A stretch of 64,000 nt of DNA from Macrostomum lignano (Eukaryota), in contig NIVC01001362.1 of the NCBI GenBank assembly GCA_002269645.1, positions 186,001-250,000 on the forward strand, read 5' to 3'. Position 1 is the first letter of the stretch; the number at the start of each line of letters is the position of its first letter. Below are positions 58,636 to 64,000 of the stretch, one piece after another. The notes under the pieces were generated by a model, which made no database searches, was not told the origin of the DNA, and was given only the letters and a program-made list of their open reading frames with translations. A program made the position numbers and the translations under genes.

Positions 58636-59174
58636 GCTCTGTGCGCGATTCTACCGAATTTACTACTTACGGTTTAGTCTTACTTCTAGTAGTAAAGTGT
58701 GTTTAAGCAGGCAATTTTAATGATCATCAATTAAGACTTTACACTTGTAAAATAATTTGTAAATTCATAAATTTAAGTTTCCCCAACTTTAAGGTTTTGT
58801 GTGCTTTTCGTTTTTTTATTCCCCTTTGTTCAGCTTAAACGCACGTCCAATGTGATGCAGTTCAACTTTGTAAACCATTGCTTTCTTTTAAAATTCGCAA
58901 AATCCCCCAAAAAATTAACAAAAACTGTAAAATTTAAAAATCATAAATCATAAAATGACAAAAACAGATTACTCTAATGTCAAATGCATGCGATTTTTTT
59001 TAACTGTATCAATTAATCGTACCTGTAATAAAATGCGCCATAACATATTGCATTGCTAATAGATGCGGAATTCACATTAAAAGGTTTTATTTGTACTTTT
59101 TCTTTGTATTTTGAACTTAAATAGACTTTGTTTCTAAGCCTTTGGCTCAATTTTAGCCCGTTCAATGTCCACTA

Positions 59175-59520
59175 CCCTCCCCCTCCTTTCTCCCCCCTCC
59201 AGCCTCCCCCTCCTTTCTCCCCCTCCAGCCTCCCCCTCCTTTCTCCCCCTCCAGCCTCCCCCTCCAGCCTCCCCCTCCTTTCTCCCCCTCCAGCCTCCCC
59301 CTCCTTTCTCCCCCTCCAGCCTCCCCTCCTTTCTCCCCCTCCAGCCTCCCCCTCCTTTCTCCCCTCCAGCCTCCCCCTCCTTTCTCCCCTCCAGCCTCCT
59401 CTCCTTTCTCCCCCTCCAGCCTCCTCTCCTTTCTCCCCCTCCAGCCTCCTCTCCTTTCTCCCCTCCAGCCTCCTCTCCTTTCTCCCCCTCCAGCCTCTCC
59501 TCCAGTCCTACCTCCAGCCT
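59175..59520. repeat. C/T-rich repeat (CCAGCCTCCCCCTCCTTTCTCCCCCT)n
   Basis: Direct inspection. Confidence 0.92.
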
Positions 59521-60175
59521 AATCCTCCAATCTCACCCTCATGTCTCGCCCTCCTGTCTCACCCTCTAGTCTCACTCTCTCGTCTCTAGTGAGTCTAGTC
59601 TCACCCTTCATTCTCCCCCTCAGAGTCTCAGACCCACTCGACCACTTTAGTCTCCAGTTTTTCCTAATCCCCCCTGCCCCTGGATTTCCTTGGAATTCTT
59701 AAGCCGAAAAGCAGTCATTTAATCTTTCAAATATTTCAGAAGACCGCGTATCAAACGAGGCAGAATTGTTTGACTTGTCAAATTCCTAAAAGCTTTTATT
59801 ATAAAGTCCAAAAGTACTTCTTTTTCCAAACTGTTTATGACGAAACTGTATGAAATCTAAAAACAGACATGACGAAATCGTTGATTTCTTAGATTAGGGA
59901 GCGCCAGGCCAGTAGTGTTAGCGTTAGACGTACGAGTTCTGTTTCTATTTTTAGAAACCACGTCAATCCCCGCTTGCTTTGGGGTAAACCCCGTGACTGT
60001 TTCTAAAAATAGCCTCGCCTCGCCTCAGTCCTCTAAACAATGAGTCACCGACCTACCAGGCTTTTTTTCGCTTCCTCCGCTATTTCGTCAGCTCAACTAG
60101 AATTTCTTATAAAATGAATCGTAGGCCAAACAAGTTGCAACGCTGAATTCTGAACATCTGACTATTTGAGTACAG

Positions 60176-62387
60176 AAATGACAACAGCAACATTGACGAT
60201 GACGATGACAGCAACAACTACAGACTCTGATTCCGGCGGTTCTAGCGGCGGTGATTCACCCATAGCCGCTAGTGGCAAAGACTCCTGCAACAGTTCAATT
60301 AGTGGCGAAAGCGACCCAGCAACAGCAGCTGGTGGCATGGAAGGCAGCTGTCGCGGTCAGCGGTACCGTCAGCTGCAACACCGTCAGCAGAGTGGCGACA
60401 GGCAACGAGGGTTCCCTCACCGCTGCTACTCTACCAGACGGCCTCTTCTGGCGACCTGGGAAGTCGTGCCGCTACGTCTGCAAGAACTTCCTTGTGGGTT
60501 ACATTGAGGATCGCCGGCGCATGTACAGGCTGGTGCGTGAGGCGCCGCAGGCTACTGATGGCCAGGTTGGTGACTGTGCGGTGGAGATCGGGGACTGGCA
60601 GACAGGGGCAGGGCATTGTGACAGAATTGTACTGACAGACAAACAGACATACTTAAGTAGATAGATTCTTATGCGAGGTAGAATATAAGCAGACACAAAG
60701 ACATGATGAAACTATAAGGCATAAAGACATGACGACATAAAAACACAAACACATAGAGTATTGAGACACTTAAGACATGAAGACACGAAGATAGAGACAT
60801 GAAGACAACTGAGATATGAAGACACGAAGACACGAAGACATGAAGACAGGAAGGCATGAAAACATGAAGACACAAAGACATGAAGACACGAAGACATGAA
60901 GACACGAAGACATGAAGACACGAAGACATGAAGACACGAAGACATGAAGACACGAAGACATGAAGACACGATTTTATGAAGACATTAAGACATTAAGACA
61001 CAAAGACACGAAGACATTAATACATGAAGACACGAAAACATGAAGACACGAAGACATGAAGACACAAAGACATGAAGACACGAAGGCACGAAGACACGAA
61101 GACAGAGACATGAAAACAACTGGGATATGGAGACATGAAGACACGAAGAGACGATTTTATGAAGACATTAAGACATTAAGACACAAAGACACGAAGACAT
61201 TAATACATGAAGACACGAAGACATGAAGACAGGAAGGCATGAAGACATGAAGACACAAAGACATGAAGACACGAAGACAGAGACATAAAAACAACTGGGA
61301 TATGGAGACACGAAGACACGAAGACATGAAGACATGAAGACACAAAGTCATGAAGATGCTAACACAGATACTTACATTTAACTAAATGATAAAAGGGCAG
61401 ACACTAACGAAGTAACTAATAAAGTACCGAATGACTCAAACTCAATTCAAACTTGACACCCACAGATTGGCGGCGGTCTTCACGTGACCACATTCGAGGC
61501 TGTCCGACGATTCAAAGACATGACGCTGACGAAAGAATCGCTGCGAATTCTCATCCTACCGAATGCTGGGGCAGCTCCCTGGTGTCCGAGGTTCTGTCCT
61601 ACGAGTACATGCGAAAGTGCTATCAAGCTGAGCTGTTGAAAACCGAAATGGAGGTGCAGTATTTTCCGTACGGCGGCTCAATCACTGACTATGTGATGCG
61701 GCTGTTTGATAGGAAGGTGAGTGGATTTTTTTCAATATAGTGCGGCTGCTTATTAATCCGATATGTATCGGTAATCAAATTTCAGCCAATATTTATCGAT
61801 AATCACATTGTAGCCGATATGTATCGATAGTCACACATTGTAGCCGATATGTATCGATAATCACATTGCAGCCGATATGTATCGATAATCACATTGTAGC
61901 CGATATGTATCGATAATGACATTGCAGCCGATATGTATCGATAATCAAATTGTAGCCGATATGTATCGACAATCACATTGCTGCCAATATGTATCGAGAA
62001 TAAAGTTCCAGCCGATATGTATCGATAATCACATTTCAGCCGATATGTATCGATAATGACATTGCAGCCGATATGTATCGAAAACCTCATTATTTACAGG
62101 TGGCTGTTTCTGTGACTCGAGCTCTCCGATTTGACGGCGAGCCGTTCACGGTGGATAATGGCGTCCGATTGCTCACCAAGAAGCTGCTGGGTATTCGACA
62201 GGCTGACAGAAACAGTCTGGAGTCCTGGCAGCGACACGTTCTGCACGTGTGGGCTGACGGTCGGGCGGTGACGGAGGCGCTGGCCGAGGCGCATCGCCAA
62301 CTACCGGCGAGCGTCCTTGGCAACGCAATCGTTCTGTTGACCTGCGTGCGGAACTGCAAAGAAATATTCACCAACAATGTGAATTGA
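60176..62387 (+). CDS. Uncharacterised AAC4-like family protein, or recent pseudogene; exons about 60176..60565, 61466..61716, 62100..62387, with apparent frameshifts
   Basis: Spliced reading DGLFWRPGKSCRY...ATDGQ|IGGGLHVTTFE...RILILPNAG[frameshift]GSSLVSEVLSYE...LLKTEMEVQYFPYGGSITDY...K|VAVSVTRA...RLLTKKL...WQRHVLHVW. Family assignment is from my recollection of proteins annotated AAC-rich mRNA clone AAC4-like, not from a search. Exon 2 is 251 nt, one base short, at a GGGG run (61568..61571); the start is uncertain. Confidence 0.68.
60695..61355. repeat. (GAAGACAT/GAAGACAC)n degenerate 8/16-bp repeat in intron 1 of the AAC4-like gene
   Basis: Direct inspection. Confidence 0.92.
61755..62082. 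repeat. 28-bp minisatellite (GCCGATATGTATCGATAATCACATTGTA)n in intron 2 of the AAC4-like gene
   Basis: Period of 28 confirmed (61871, 61899). Confidence 0.93.
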
Positions 62388-62925
62388 CTGAGTTTGCCGT
62401 TGGGTACGTGTACATATATGGGAGACGTATATCCGTCTATCTTAGTCTATCTTAGCCTATTAAATCTCTTTATAGGAAAAAGCTTTTAGAAAAGCAAAAT
62501 TTAAATATTAAAATAGACGATTTAAAGGCAAAAATCCCATGTAGTCTACTAAGCAGTAGCTAAATTCAAAAAAATTATTAGTAAAATCAAAACAGTGATC
62601 ATGACTAGCTCTTCGCAATGTAACTTAAAAAGACAGAATTGGTAAGTTTAAGAATTTGCAGTTCGCGCGCATATACTACTGTTATCCCTCTCATATTTTA
62701 GCAGTTTTAATGCTTCAACGAGTATCTAACACACTTTCTTGTCTTCACTTTGTGTATACTGTATGTTAATAAGTACTCCTACTACTTTTGCACATACTAG
62801 TATATGTACAATAGATGAGTGTTCTATATTTTACACGCAAGATGTACAGTTTTATTTATTTTAATATTTTAAAATGCTTATACTTTGCACTAATGACATT
62901 GACTAATGTGATACAATTTTTTTTC

Positions 62926-63260
<335 letters not shown>

Positions 63261-63936
63261 CGAATTCAGGAGACAGTTGTGCAATAAGCAAACGAGAAAC
63301 TTGAAGACACCAAATACTTAAACAAACAATAATATAAAAATACTAATAGTAAAACAAAACTCCAAAGTATCCCAAAGTAACCGATTATCTATTAGGAGCA
63401 GAGTAAAGCACCTTTTACAGTTTGTGCAACAATCTAGACACAAATTAAGATAGACTTACGAAATATTTAATGTTGTGTACAATTCTACAAAAATAACAGA
63501 GTAATAAATTTATTGCTAGTCAACCTTTCCCAACGCCAACAAAAGGTTTCATGCGCAAATGACGCAACACGTTCTGAAGTCACAGCCAGTAAATAAGCAC
63601 TATTACCGCGGCCAAACACCCTCAAGGTCAGGTGTTGTTTGCGAAAATGTGCGAACACTGGAATGTGTGAAGGCTATGCACCATTGTGAGGGCTGCATTT
63701 CGGACAGCTATACATGTAAGGCGCGAGATGCCTGAAGGTGAGCGATACGCTGGTATTGCCGGTTCCAATATTATAATAAGAAGCGCTAATTACCCGTATA
63801 ACACGGCATGTAGCGTGTTTGCCTGCTGATTTCAAACTTGCGTTCGCACCTCTGTCGAATCGTGGCAAGAGAATAGTGTGCAACATGTGGATTTACGTTA
63901 ACTTGCAGTTGACAGAAATGTTGACAGAAATGTTAC

Positions 63937-64000
63937 CTGTTGGACAGGGCAATCACACAGCCAGTGCTCACCTGTTGGACAGGGCAATCACATAGCCAGT
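63937..64000. repeat. Start of an about 35-bp tandem repeat (CCTGTTGGACAGGGCAATCACACAGCCAGTGCTCA)
   Basis: Two copies visible before the window ends. Confidence 0.7.

Overview
Repeat-rich animal genomic DNA with spliceosomal introns. The composition resembles a free-living flatworm such as Macrostomum, but this is inference only. Protein genes reconstructed across canonical GT-AG introns: ERGIC1 (minus strand, 3' end outside the window), head-to-head with a CRTC/TORC coactivator (plus); a four-exon Frizzled 5/8 (minus) with satellite-filled introns; a two-exon 218-aa orphan gene with two pseudogenised paralogs; and a three-exon gene resembling the uncharacterised AAC4-like family, with apparent frameshifts. 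The 41-58.6 kb region is a rearranged cluster of three full-length U6 snRNA genes, arranged as one direct and one inverted duplication. It includes an intact Ty3/Gypsy LTR retrotransposon with identical 224-bp LTRs, a 5-bp TSD and its empty site visible in the mirror arm, plus duplicated LINE RNase H fragments. Also present are three tRNA-derived SINE copies, palindromic MITE-like elements, a 2.8-kb tandem duplication and about 20 micro/minisatellite arrays. The most unusual observation is a pair of inverted 28S rRNA fragments centred on the R2/Pokey/I-PpoI target site, bracketing 2.4 kb of ERGIC1 intron 1. Coordinates were read by hand; repeat boundaries are approximate.
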